Shown here one piece after another: positions 55,579-64,000 of a DNA stretch of 64,000 bases. Position numbers and translations under genes: made by a program. Numbering within the stretch: position 1 is the stretch's first letter; every line of letters starts with the position of its first letter. This DNA comes from Patescibacteria group bacterium. Lineage in GTDB: Bacteria > Patescibacteriota > Patescibacteriia > Patescibacteriales > UBA12465. The notes under the pieces were generated by a model. That model was not told the DNA's origin, ran no database searches, and saw only the letters and a list, made by a program, of their open reading frames with translations. The stretch spans positions 35,656-99,655 of the forward strand of contig JBAYIC010000003.1 in the NCBI GenBank assembly GCA_041665845.1. Reading direction: 5' to 3'.

Positions 55579-56864
55579 AAATTATTTTCTATTAATAATT
55601 TCTTTTCTATCCTATACGTCCCTAAACTATCAGCATTTAAAAATCCATCCATCGCCGCTCGAGCTAAACGGCCTGAGTTAAGATCATTAAATAACCATTC
55701 GTCAACATATTTCGGATCAAGACTATCTATCCCAACCCCGACTGAAAGTAACCATTCGCGATTAAAATCTTCTTGGCTACCAACCGGAGAAGCAATCACA
55801 ATTGGTAATCCTAAACCGCCATAAAAAGATAACTCTGATGGCTTAGTCCAAAGAATATCGGTTGCATGCAAACATTGATTGAAAATTTTAAAATATTCTA
55901 TTTTATTTTTACTAAATATGATTTTAACATTTTTACAATTATCAAGTTGAGAATTTTTAATTTCTCGAGCAAAATAATCAGCCACTTCTTGCCTATTACC
56001 AGCAACTAAATTAAGAATCACTTCTTTATTTTTTATCTTACTAATCAACTTTCGCATAATGGTAACACCAATTTCTTTTTGCGCCCCAGCCCCGCCGACC
56101 GCAAAAGTAATCGTTAGCGGTTGAATATTTTTTTCTTTCAGACAATCAGGAATTTCTTTTTGCAAAAGTGCTTTTTCTTTTTTACGATAATTGTATTCAG
56201 GATCAAGCGCGATGATTCTTCTGGCTAAATCTTCTTTTAATATTTCCTGTTTAGTACCAACATTTTCTTTCGGTAGGGGAAATCCGGAAATAATTATATT
56301 CTCTTCTTTTACGCCATACATTCTCAGTCTTATTTTTACTTTTTCACTCGGTGCAAAAAATTTAGTACGGCTATTTTTAGGATTAATCGGCGCCCAGGCT
56401 CTAGAAATATCGGTATCACAAATAATACAATATATATCGCCTTGATAATTATGATATTCAGCCATATAAGCAACTACAAAAAAAGTAGTTACTAGGGGTA
56501 ACCTATCAAGACTTAATTTATCAATTAAATCTTTACCTAGGCCCTTTTTTATAGACTTAAAAAAATATTTTTGTTGCGTAGTTGTTCCGGAAAGATTTCT
56601 AAAAGGATAGAGCGGTGGTATTTTTTGAAAAAAATCCATCACCTCAAAAACAATTTTTCCTAAAACTGGAATTTTCTTAAAACGAGAAATTTGTTCATAC
56701 GATCTAAGTAAATTCAACCAATATTTTTTTTCCCAGCTCGGTATATCTTTATAATCGTTAATAGTAAGAACATCACCGCCACCAAGATCCATTAAAGGAT
56801 AGGCCGCTCGCTGATGTCCATAACCCATATCGGCTGCTACCAAATTTATTTTTTTAATACTCAT
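55575..56864 (-). CDS. GT-B glycosyltransferase, UgtP/MGDG-synthase/MurG-like (GT28-type)
   Basis: N-terminal LVAADMGYGHQRAAYPL resembles the MGDG-synthase/UgtP N-domain GxGH motif. GT-B length. Confidence 0.5.
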   Translation of the reverse strand: MSIKKINLVAADMGYGHQRAAYPLMDLGGGDVLTINDYKDIPSWEKKYWLNLLRSYEQISRFKKIPVLGKIVFEVMDFFQKIPPLYPFRNLSGTTTQQKYFFKSIKKGLGKDLIDKLSLDRLPLVTTFFVVAYMAEYHNYQGDIYCIICDTDISRAWAPINPKNSRTKFFAPSEKVKIRLRMYGVKEENIIISGFPLPKENVGTKQEILKEDLARRIIALDPEYNYRKKEKALLQKEIPDCLKEKNIQPLTITFAVGGAGAQKEIGVTIMRKLISKIKNKEVILNLVAGNRQEVADYFAREIKNSQLDNCKNVKIIFSKNKIEYFKIFNQCLHATDILWTKPSELSFYGGLGLPIVIASPVGSQEDFNREWLLSVGVGIDSLDPKYVDEWLFNDLNSGRLARAAMDGFLNADSLGTYRIEKKLLIENNL

Positions 56865-56910
56865 AAGTAAAGCCTAAATTAAATGCTTAAAATAAAGTCC
56901 GCTCTAATTA

Positions 56911-57831
56911 TTATAGCAATTTAGGCTTCATTTGAATATATTGATAAGCGCTCAAAGCGGCGATGGTTGCTTGTCCCATTGCAATAGTGATTTGTTTAAA
57001 TTCACAATCAGTAACATCGCCGGCCGCATACAGACCAGGCGTTTTAGTTTCCATATTATTCCCTACTAAAATTTGATTTTTATCGTTACGCTCAACAAAT
57101 TCAGAAACCAAATCAGTGCTCGCAATACGGCCAACTTCAACAAAAACTCCATCAACCAAAATTTCTCTCTCCGAAGCATCTTTTCTATCTAAAACAATAA
57201 CTTTTTCAACTTTACCAGAACCTGAAATATCTTTTATTTCTGCGTTCATGATTATTTCTATATTTTTTCTTTCTTTGACTTCATTCATCAGCGTATCAAA
57301 GGCTTTAAAAGTATCATTTCTATGAATAAGATAAATTTGTGAAGCTATTTTAGACATAAACTCAGCGGCATCAAGTGCAGAATTACCACCACCAATTATC
57401 GCTACTTTTTTGTTCTTATAGAAAGGGCCGTCACAATTAGCACAATAAGAGACCCCCTTGCCATTAAATTCGATTTCACCAGGGACAGCTAAACGTCGTG
57501 GAGAAAGCCCCATAGCGATAATTACCGTTTTAGCTTCAAATGATTCTCTAGCGGTATGTAATAAAAAACTATCCGTGTTTGTCTTTTCTATTTTTTGAAC
57601 CTCATCATCCTTAAATTCTACTCCAGCGTTACCGGTTTGTTGTCTAATTCTTTGAATAAGTTCAAAACTTTTAACTATTTCAAAACCAGGGTAATTTTCA
57701 ATTTCATTCGCCCAAACTAATTGACCGCCAAGTTCTTTGCCAATAATAAGAGTTTTCATTTCCCTTCTAACCGCATATATACCAGCCGTCATACCAGCTG
57801 GTCCTGAACCAATTATTATTACATCATACAT
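56911..57831 (-). CDS. trxB: thioredoxin-disulfide reductase
   Basis: FAD motif DVIIIGSGPAGMTAG, redox-active CANCDG, NADPH motif VAIIGGGNSALD. 306 aa. Confidence 0.85.
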   Translation of the reverse strand: MYDVIIIGSGPAGMTAGIYAVRREMKTLIIGKELGGQLVWANEIENYPGFEIVKSFELIQRIRQQTGNAGVEFKDDEVQKIEKTNTDSFLLHTARESFEAKTVIIAMGLSPRRLAVPGEIEFNGKGVSYCANCDGPFYKNKKVAIIGGGNSALDAAEFMSKIASQIYLIHRNDTFKAFDTLMNEVKERKNIEIIMNAEIKDISGSGKVEKVIVLDRKDASEREILVDGVFVEVGRIASTDLVSEFVERNDKNQILVGNNMETKTPGLYAAGDVTDCEFKQITIAMGQATIAALSAYQYIQMKPKLL

Positions 57832-58117
57832 AAAACTAGAAGCACCTCAAGAAAGAGGTATAAAATTAATGAATTATAATTATATTATAAGGTTTTTAAT
57901 CATTAAAAGCAATCAAACAATATTTAAGACTTTAAAAAATAATAAAAATAACAAAAGTTTAATTCTAGCCAAATATTTTAACATAATAACATCTTTTCCA
58001 CAGTTTTTACTCTAAAATATTTTATTTAATATTAGCCAAATAAAAAAGAAAAGTCTACATTTTTGTAGACTTTTCCTCTGTTTTTAATAAAAATTAATTT
58101 ATTTCTTTTAAGGTATT

Positions 58118-58702
58118 TTAATTCTTAGATACTTCTAAAACTACCTTCAAAATAGCTTCATAAACTGGTAGGCCAGAGGAGCTCGAAAAATGACCTTGGT
58201 TATGTTCAATTATTATTTCTGAAACTAAAATATCCTTAAAATCATCTATATTATCCATCGGAACATATGGATCATTATCAGAAAATATGGCCGCGCTTTT
58301 TAACATATGTCTCTTAACAGAGACTAAATCAAGCGGCGTATTAAGCCATTCATTTATTATTTCTTTTGAAAGGCTATCCTCGCCCATATTTGTTAACCTT
58401 CGGAAGAATCCAGCAACAAAAACTGCTCCCCCGACTGATTCTTTGTCTAGCAAAGTACACAAATAACGAGCAATAGCTTGGCAACCAATGCTATGACCAA
58501 TAAAAAAGGTATCCTGGTCAACTTTACCAACTGCACTAGCGATGGCGTCGACCCAGGGTTTTATTCTCGGTTCATTAGTATTAGGCATTTGTATCGGAAA
58601 AACTGTAAATCCAGAATTCTCTAGTTCCCTTTTAATCCAAAAAAACCAACCTTCGTTTGCAGTACCGCCCCAACCATGAATAATGAATACTCTTTTAGAC
58701 AT
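58118..58702 (-). CDS. alpha/beta-hydrolase fold serine hydrolase (YdeN/RBBP9-like)
   Basis: IIHGWGG N-terminus and nucleophile elbow GHSIGC. 194 aa. Confidence 0.6.
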   Translation of the reverse strand: MSKRVFIIHGWGGTANEGWFFWIKRELENSGFTVFPIQMPNTNEPRIKPWVDAIASAVGKVDQDTFFIGHSIGCQAIARYLCTLLDKESVGGAVFVAGFFRRLTNMGEDSLSKEIINEWLNTPLDLVSVKRHMLKSAAIFSDNDPYVPMDNIDDFKDILVSEIIIEHNQGHFSSSSGLPVYEAILKVVLEVSKN

Positions 58703-58798
58703 ATTTAATTTACATTCTCTACGTATCTAATTAATTTATATTATCATTATAACATAACTGACTATAAAACAAAAAACTGGTCTAAGCCAGTTTATTTG

Positions 58799-58872
58799 TG
58801 GACCATAAGGGACTTGAACCCTTGACCTCTTCCATGCCATGGAAGCGCTCTAGCCAACTGAGCTAATGGCCC
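58799..58872 (-). tRNA. tRNA-Ala (anticodon GGC)
   Basis: Reverse complement GGGCCATTAGCTCAGTTGGCTAGAGCGCTTCCATGGCATGGAAG..., with the G3:U70 Ala identity pair and anticodon loop ATGGCAT. Confidence 0.85.
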
Positions 58873-58996
58873 TTTCTGATAATGTTCTGCGCAGAACATT
58901 TTTATAATTTTATTAACACCTCATCCCTACAAAACAATTAACCTTTGAACTGTATTGTTCCTTGAGGAACAAAAAGGAAAAAATAATTCAAACTAC

Positions 58997-59029
58997 AACA
59001 ATTATAGCTAATATTGGATTAATGTCAAG
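58997..59029 (-). promoter_or_regulatory. putative promoter TTGACA-N16-TATAAT for tRNA-Ala
   Basis: Minus strand reads ttgacattaatccaatattagctataat. Followed by the palindrome tgttccttgaggaaca near the predicted +1. Confidence 0.45.
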
Positions 59030-59087
59030 AGTTTCAAACGCTAACTTATTACTTCTTTGTCAATCTATTGACAAATATAAAACTACG

Positions 59088-59159
59088 TGTTCCCACCAGG
59101 AGTCGAACCTGGATCTAGAACTTAGGAGGCTCTCGTTCTATCCATTGAACCATGGGAAC
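59088..59159 (-). tRNA. tRNA-Arg (anticodon CCT)
   Basis: Reverse complement GTTCCCATGGTTCAATGGATAGAACGAGAGCCTCCTAAGTTCTAGATCCAGGTTCGACTCCTGGTGGGAAC, with anticodon loop CTCCTAA. Confidence 0.8.
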
Positions 59160-59250
59160 AATATTATCTCCCTAAAAAAATATTAGTAAATTTCTATTAG
59201 GAACCTGAGTTCATATTATACTAAAACTTTTTGTTTTTCAACTTTTTTCT

Positions 59251-59279
59251 TTGACAAGCAGATTATATTAACCTAAAAT
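59251..59279 (+). promoter_or_regulatory. putative promoter TTGACA-N17-TAAAAT upstream of the bactofilin gene
   Basis: tttgacaagcagattatattaacctaaaat lies about 40 nt before the ATG at 59318. Confidence 0.4.
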
Positions 59280-59317
59280 GATAATCAGCTAGGCTATTTT
59301 ATTCACCTTTTAAATAT

Positions 59318-59725
59318 ATGTTCAACAAAGAAAACAAACTGGAAAAATTTAAAGACGCGGAAACAATAATTGGCGCCTCAATTAAAGTAAAAGGGAACTT
59401 TCATGGACAAGGAAATATTGTTATTGAGGGAACTTTAGAGGGATCTTTAAAAACTGATGCCAATATTTTCATTGGAGAGAAAGCAAGAGTGACTGCAAAT
59501 ATTGAAGCAAAAGATTTAATCGTTAACGGCGAAATAAAAGGAAGTATTAAAGTTAAAAGTTACTTATCACTTGGCGGAACCGCTAAAATAAACGGTGATG
59601 TTCAATATGGAGAATTATCAATAGAAAGAGGCGCAATTATTAACGGACAACTTATTGCTATAAATGATACTAATAAAAAAGGGGAAGTAAGGGAAGCAGA
59701 AAAAAATCAAGAGACTGAAGAATAA
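59318..59725 (+). CDS. bactofilin (polymer-forming cytoskeletal protein, DUF583/CcmA family)
   Basis: Repetitive beta-helical bactofilin core (GNIVIEGTLEGSLKTDANIFIGEKARVTANIEAKDLIVNGEIKGSIKV...) with an acidic C-terminal tail. Confidence 0.75.
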   Translation: MFNKENKLEKFKDAETIIGASIKVKGNFHGQGNIVIEGTLEGSLKTDANIFIGEKARVTANIEAKDLIVNGEIKGSIKVKSYLSLGGTAKINGDVQYGELSIERGAIINGQLIAINDTNKKGEVREAEKNQETEE

Positions 59726-59750
59726 ATCATAGCCGTCTTAAAATACTTCT

Positions 59751-60488
59751 ATGCACGTCTATATATACGACGACTATTTAAATAAGAGTAAATACACGAA
59801 GGCTGTAAACCGCATGGAAATCAGGCTTACGGATCTTGGTTTAAACGGAAAGATTATTCGTTTGGGTGGAATCAAAAATATTAAAGGAACTGTTCAAAAC
59901 GAAATCAAGCTTGGCGCTAAAACCATTGTGGCTGTTGGTAATAATCAAACAGTTAATAAAATCATCGGCGCAATTATTGATACCGATATCTATGGTGATT
60001 TTCAGAAAAAAACTTTACTCGGTATAATACCTATCGGAGATGATAATTCGATTGCCGCTTCTTTTGGAATTAGAAACGAAGAAGACGCCTGCAATATTCT
60101 ACTCGCGAGACGTATAGAAAAAATTGATCTAGGATTGGTCGGCGATCATTATTTTTTAAACGATGCAATTATAGAAAGCGAAGGCACAAATATTAATTTA
60201 GGCGATTACTCTCTCGAGTCCGAAGAAAAGGGAACCGTAAGAATTATAAATCTTCTCAGTGATAAGCATAACAACATTAACTCTAATCCTCATGACGGGT
60301 TATTAGATATAGTTATTACTCCTCGTAAAAAAAGTCAAACAATTTTAAAATTAAATAAATTTGAGGTTACTAACGAAAATGAACAACTGCTAGTTGACGG
60401 CGTAATCTCAGTTAAACTCCCAGCCGAAGTTAGTGTAGTAAGAGATCTAGTTAGCGTGATTGTTGGGAAAGAGAGATCCTTCCAATAA
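59751..60488 (+). CDS. DAGK_cat / YegS-like lipid kinase homologue with degenerate GGDGT motif
   Basis: TIVAVGNNQTVNKIIGAII aligns with the d.iv.vGGDGTvnev motif, with GGDGT replaced by GNNQT. GIIPIGDDNSIAASFGI aligns with the GiiPlGTGNDfAR block. Confidence 0.5.
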   Translation: MHVYIYDDYLNKSKYTKAVNRMEIRLTDLGLNGKIIRLGGIKNIKGTVQNEIKLGAKTIVAVGNNQTVNKIIGAIIDTDIYGDFQKKTLLGIIPIGDDNSIAASFGIRNEEDACNILLARRIEKIDLGLVGDHYFLNDAIIESEGTNINLGDYSLESEEKGTVRIINLLSDKHNNINSNPHDGLLDIVITPRKKSQTILKLNKFEVTNENEQLLVDGVISVKLPAEVSVVRDLVSVIVGKERSFQ

Positions 60489-60774
60489 CATTTCTCCAAC
60501 AAAAAAGACCGGCTTAAACGGGGAGGCAAGAAAACTGTTTCTAGGGACTTTCGAGCTATAAAGCCGGAAAATCCTAGGAAACAAATCCCCATGCTTGTCG
60601 TGCCTATCCCGTTTGAAACGGCCTTTTTAAAAAGTAGTCATCAAAAGACGACTTGTTAATATACCACGTACAAAAATCTTTGTCAATAGAGTTATACACA
60701 TTTTATGAACAAACAAAAACCCCGCTAAAACGGGATTTTTTGTTAAGTTCTTATGAAGCCTCTTAAAGTCTAAT

Positions 60775-62640
60775 TTATACCTTAATTACTACTGGCAAAA
60801 CCATCGGGCGACGCTTGGTGGACTGAAACAGAAATTGGCCAATTTCATTTCTAATCTTGTTTTTAATATAATCGTCATCGGCTAAAGTCATCGGGTTCTT
60901 ATCTTTAACTATTTTCTTTACCTTCATTCTAGTTTTCTCAATTAAATCACGGTTTTCCTTCATATGGACAAAGCCACGCGAGATAAGGTCAGGATTGCCG
61001 ATAATTGCCCCCGTCTTAGCGTCAATTGTTGCAATAATCACAATCATGCCATCATCGGCCATCATACGCCTATCACGTAAAACTATCTCTGAGACGTCAC
61101 CAACGCCAAGGCCGTCAACCATCACATAATCAGTATTAGCTTTTTCTTTAAGAACTAAAGGTTGTTTACCTTTTTGGAACTTAATAATTTGACCATTATC
61201 GAGAACAAAAATTTGATTATCACGGAATCCTTCGCGTAAAGCTAATTTTTTCGCCTCAACTAACATATAATGATTAGCGTAAACCGGCAAAAAATAATCG
61301 GGCTTAATTTGATGCAAAATCTTCTTTATATCATCGATATTAGCATGGCCACCGGAGTGAACATCCATAATACTGCTATGGATAACATTATCGCTTAAAC
61401 GATATAGCTGATCTTTAACTTTCTGCACGGAACGTTCATTACCGGGAATAACCGAAGAGGAGAAGATTATTACATCAGATTTCTTAATACTGATAAAGCG
61501 ATGATTACCATTAACAATCCTGGAAAAAACAGCATTAGATTCTCCTTGAGCACCGGTGCATATTACTACAATTTTATTTTCTGGATATTTATCAATATCT
61601 TCAACTGGGATAATAGTATTTTTATGAGCGGGGATATAACCCAACTCTTGAGCGATTTTAACATTCATTTTCATTCCATAACCGTCTAAAGCGACTTTCT
61701 TACCAATCTGTTCAGAATAAGCTAAGAGGCTGGTAACACGTTCTAGTTGGGAAGCAAATGTACCAATAATAACTCGTCCAGGAGCACCACTAATAAGTTT
61801 TTCTAAATTACCTTGGCTAGTTTTAATTGGGACTCTTTCCTTCGAATAAGCAACACCAAGACTTTCTAGCATTAAAATACGGGGAGCTGGTAACTGGGCT
61901 AAACGCTCGTAACCAACTATTTGTCCCTCCATCGGATCGCCTTCAATCATCCAGTCGCCAGGATGAATAACGGTTCCGTGCGGCGTGGTGATGATAACGC
62001 CAACCGCGTCAATGATAGAATGCTCAACTTGGAAAAAACTTATTTGGAATTTACCCAAAGCGATTTTTTGATCAATCGAGTTAATCGTAATTGTTTTGAG
62101 ACTTTTGGTTGTCCCACGTTTATAGTCTTCTTGACGATGTTTAATCATCGCTAGCGTTAATTTCATACCAACAATCGGCGGGTTGCCTAATTGTTCTAGT
62201 AGAATGGGGGCGGCGCCGATATGGTCAAGATGACCATGACTAAAAATAACGCCACGGATATTTTTTTCTTTACCGCGTAAAGAAGCAACATTAGGAATAA
62301 TGTAATCAACGCCCGGCATATCCTCATCAGCGAACTGTAAGCCCATGTCTAAAATGATAATATCATTATCATATTCAAAAACGGTGCAATTACGACCGAC
62401 TTCTTCTTGCCCTCCAAGCGGACAAATTTTTAACCCAGATATTCCGGGAACCGGCTTCATCGCGCTCACATTGGTATTCCGATTAGTATTTGGGAAATGC
62501 GGCCGCGGTTGAACGGCGGCGATATTTTTTACCGCCATCGGCTGATTCGATAATTGATTAGGTTCACCGCGTCGCGGCAAACGATTAGAAAAGCTTTTCC
62601 GAGGCATAGCCGTCGGAGCATTTTGATCTTTAACAAACAT
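60775..62640 (-). CDS. rnj: ribonuclease J (metallo-beta-lactamase / beta-CASP) with ~65-aa basic N-terminal extension
   Basis: HxHxDH motif FSHGHLDHIGA, beta-CASP and C-terminal domain. 621 aa. Confidence 0.85.
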   Translation of the reverse strand: MFVKDQNAPTAMPRKSFSNRLPRRGEPNQLSNQPMAVKNIAAVQPRPHFPNTNRNTNVSAMKPVPGISGLKICPLGGQEEVGRNCTVFEYDNDIIILDMGLQFADEDMPGVDYIIPNVASLRGKEKNIRGVIFSHGHLDHIGAAPILLEQLGNPPIVGMKLTLAMIKHRQEDYKRGTTKSLKTITINSIDQKIALGKFQISFFQVEHSIIDAVGVIITTPHGTVIHPGDWMIEGDPMEGQIVGYERLAQLPAPRILMLESLGVAYSKERVPIKTSQGNLEKLISGAPGRVIIGTFASQLERVTSLLAYSEQIGKKVALDGYGMKMNVKIAQELGYIPAHKNTIIPVEDIDKYPENKIVVICTGAQGESNAVFSRIVNGNHRFISIKKSDVIIFSSSVIPGNERSVQKVKDQLYRLSDNVIHSSIMDVHSGGHANIDDIKKILHQIKPDYFLPVYANHYMLVEAKKLALREGFRDNQIFVLDNGQIIKFQKGKQPLVLKEKANTDYVMVDGLGVGDVSEIVLRDRRMMADDGMIVIIATIDAKTGAIIGNPDLISRGFVHMKENRDLIEKTRMKVKKIVKDKNPMTLADDDYIKNKIRNEIGQFLFQSTKRRPMVLPVVIKV

Positions 62641-62683
62641 GTTTTTTTTATTAAGTTTTATGAGTTATCTACTTGATAAATAA

Positions 62684-64000
62684 TTACCAAGTTAGTTTTT
62701 TATTTGTATTTATATACCAATCAGAAATATTACTTAGGCGATCAGCTGGCTCAATAACGGCTTGGCCAAAAAATCCTTTAACTTTTTTACTCTGCACATA
62801 GCTATATGTCGGTGAATATAAAAATATGACGGGAACTTCTGCAGTTATTATTTCTTGAAAACGGTTATATTTTATTTTTCTATCTTCATCAGAAATAGCT
62901 CCTCTAGCTTCAACTAGAAGTTTATCCACTTCTTCGTTATTATAGCCGGTTATATTCAAGCCTTTTGCTCCGGCCTGAGTGGAGTGCCAAAAAGCAAATT
63001 CATCCGGATCGCCGCCGACTGATTGGCCATAGATTAAAGCTTCAAAGTCTCGATTCTTTATGATATTAGCCGCTTGTTCTAGCGGAATTGCTTTAAGCTC
63101 AACCGTCATTCCAGCCGCCTCCCAATCAGCTTTTATTTTTTCAGCAACAGCAACATTACTATTTAAATCAATAACCGTTAAGATAATTTTAAATGCTTTT
63201 CCCTCGAGACTCTTTCTAGCCTCTTCCGGGGCATAGCTATATTTAGTAACGTTTGAGTTATAAGCAAAACTAGTTTTTAAAATTGGACTATCAGCGTCTT
63301 GATAAACATCAGAAAAAACATCAGTTAAAATTCGATCTTTATTAATCGCTTTAGCTAGAGCAATTCTTAAATCTTTGTTTTCTAAAGATTTATTTTTTGC
63401 TTTATTTAAAAATACTCCAACTACTTGCGGCCTAACTAAATTAAAAATATTTGAAGAATCTTTAGCAAGGAGCTCTTGTCTTTCGTTGAAGGGAAGATAA
63501 CTTAAGCCATCTACTTGATTACCATTAAAACTTTTAATTGCTTCAACATAATCAGCAAAAAATTTAAAAATAATATTCTTGATATAAGCCTTCTGATTAT
63601 AATAATCAGGATTAACTTCTAGGCGGTACTCTTTCAAATCTCCACTTTTACTTTTCACTAGTGATTTAAATTTATACGGGCCTGATCCAATTGGTTTTAA
63701 ATTAAGATCTGTTAGGCCGGCGGCATCGGGACTAATATTTTCCCAAATACTTTTCGGTATAATACCAAAAGTAAGCATTTCTAAAAAGGGCGCATATGGT
63801 TCTGATAAAATAAACTTCACTGTTTGTTCATCAATTTTTTCTGCCGTAACATTTGCGAGTTCATTTCTTAAAGGAGAGCGATAATTTTCATCCTTAATTA
63901 AATTTAAAGTAAAAACGATATCAGCTGCTGTTAAATTTTCGCCATTATGCCATTTTACATTGTTTTTGATAGTAATTAAATATTCTTTCTTATTATCAGA
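62684..64000 (-). CDS. ABC transporter substrate-binding protein, family 5 (peptide/nickel type), 5' partial
   Basis: The reading frame stays open upstream of the track's ATG (63820) to the window edge. The upstream translation ...WHNGENLTAADIVFTLNLIKDENYRSP... is the SBP_bac_5 W-x-DG-x-PLTA-DV signature, so the gene starts beyond 64000. Confidence 0.7.
   Translation of the reverse strand, partial: SDNKKEYLITIKNNVKWHNGENLTAADIVFTLNLIKDENYRSPLRNELANVTAEKIDEQTVKFILSEPYAPFLEMLTFGIIPKSIWENISPDAAGLTDLNLKPIGSGPYKFKSLVKSKSGDLKEYRLEVNPDYYNQKAYIKNIIFKFFADYVEAIKSFNGNQVDGLSYLPFNERQELLAKDSSNIFNLVRPQVVGVFLNKAKNKSLENKDLRIALAKAINKDRILTDVFSDVYQDADSPILKTSFAYNSNVTKYSYAPEEARKSLEGKAFKIILTVIDLNSNVAVAEKIKADWEAAGMTVELKAIPLEQAANIIKNRDFEALIYGQSVGGDPDEFAFWHSTQAGAKGLNITGYNNEEVDKLLVEARGAISDEDRKIKYNRFQEIITAEVPVIFLYSPTYSYVQSKKVKGFFGQAVIEPADRLSNISDWYINTNKKLTW

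Noticed and set aside
58962-59186. 74-aa plus-strand ORF from the track
   Set aside because: It overlaps almost the whole of tRNA-Arg(CCT) (59088-59159, minus) and its promoter region, and has no coding-like composition. Spurious.
60489-60660. Assigning the structured region to SRP RNA, 6S RNA or a riboswitch
   Set aside because: It lacks recognisable conserved motifs (such as the SRP helix-8 GNRA/AGGA context), and its position is 3' of both convergent genes. Kept only as an unclassified candidate ncRNA or terminator region.
1-64000. CRISPR arrays, IS elements, integrons
   Set aside because: No repeat-spacer periodicity, cas-like genes, transposase-like ORFs or terminal inverted repeats were seen anywhere in the window.

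Overview
AT-rich, gene-dense bacterial chromosome segment with small genes that often overlap by a few nt, and nine tRNA genes, none with an encoded CCA. Its overall look (tiny secretion-pilin-like paralogs, many NUDIX/GNAT genes, RNase J, weak or absent Shine-Dalgarno sites) points to a small-genome Patescibacteria/CPR-like organism; this is inference from the sequence alone. Most of the window is housekeeping: tsaD/tsaE, ychF, rpsF-ssb-rpsR, efp, rplS, smc, comM/yifB, ppsA, lgt, lspA, trxB, rnj, and pseudouridine synthase and methyltransferase genes. Accessory regions worth a second look: (1) a minus-strand operon at 164-4713 encoding a full preQ0 (7-cyano-7-deazaguanine) pathway (folE2-queD-queE plus a QueC with extra N- and C-terminal regions) joined to a SAM methyltransferase, a NUDIX hydrolase and a GNAT, with no tgt/dpdA visible. 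(2) A promoter-to-terminator plus-strand cluster at 15538-19403 led by a fused wHTH / RsbW-like GHKL kinase / STAS-like protein, followed by a TehB-like methyltransferase, an HD hydrolase, two NUDIX hydrolases and a GNAT. (3) Six tandem paralogous genes at 41195-43877 for small secreted two-helix VirB2/TrbC-like proteins sharing a W-M-T-A-x-G-N-E-E-K loop motif, plus a seventh copy at 36234, directly beside a GT2 + GT-C glycosyltransferase pair. (4) A GNAT plus YhcC/Elp3-like radical SAM gene pair at 24048-25781. (5) Two compositionally deviant blocks of hypothetical genes at 19480-21795 and 50702-52152, the second right after tRNA-Gly and ending in a tandem 14-nt direct repeat. (6) An orphan multi-TM GAF histidine kinase. 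No CRISPR array, integrase or transposase was seen.
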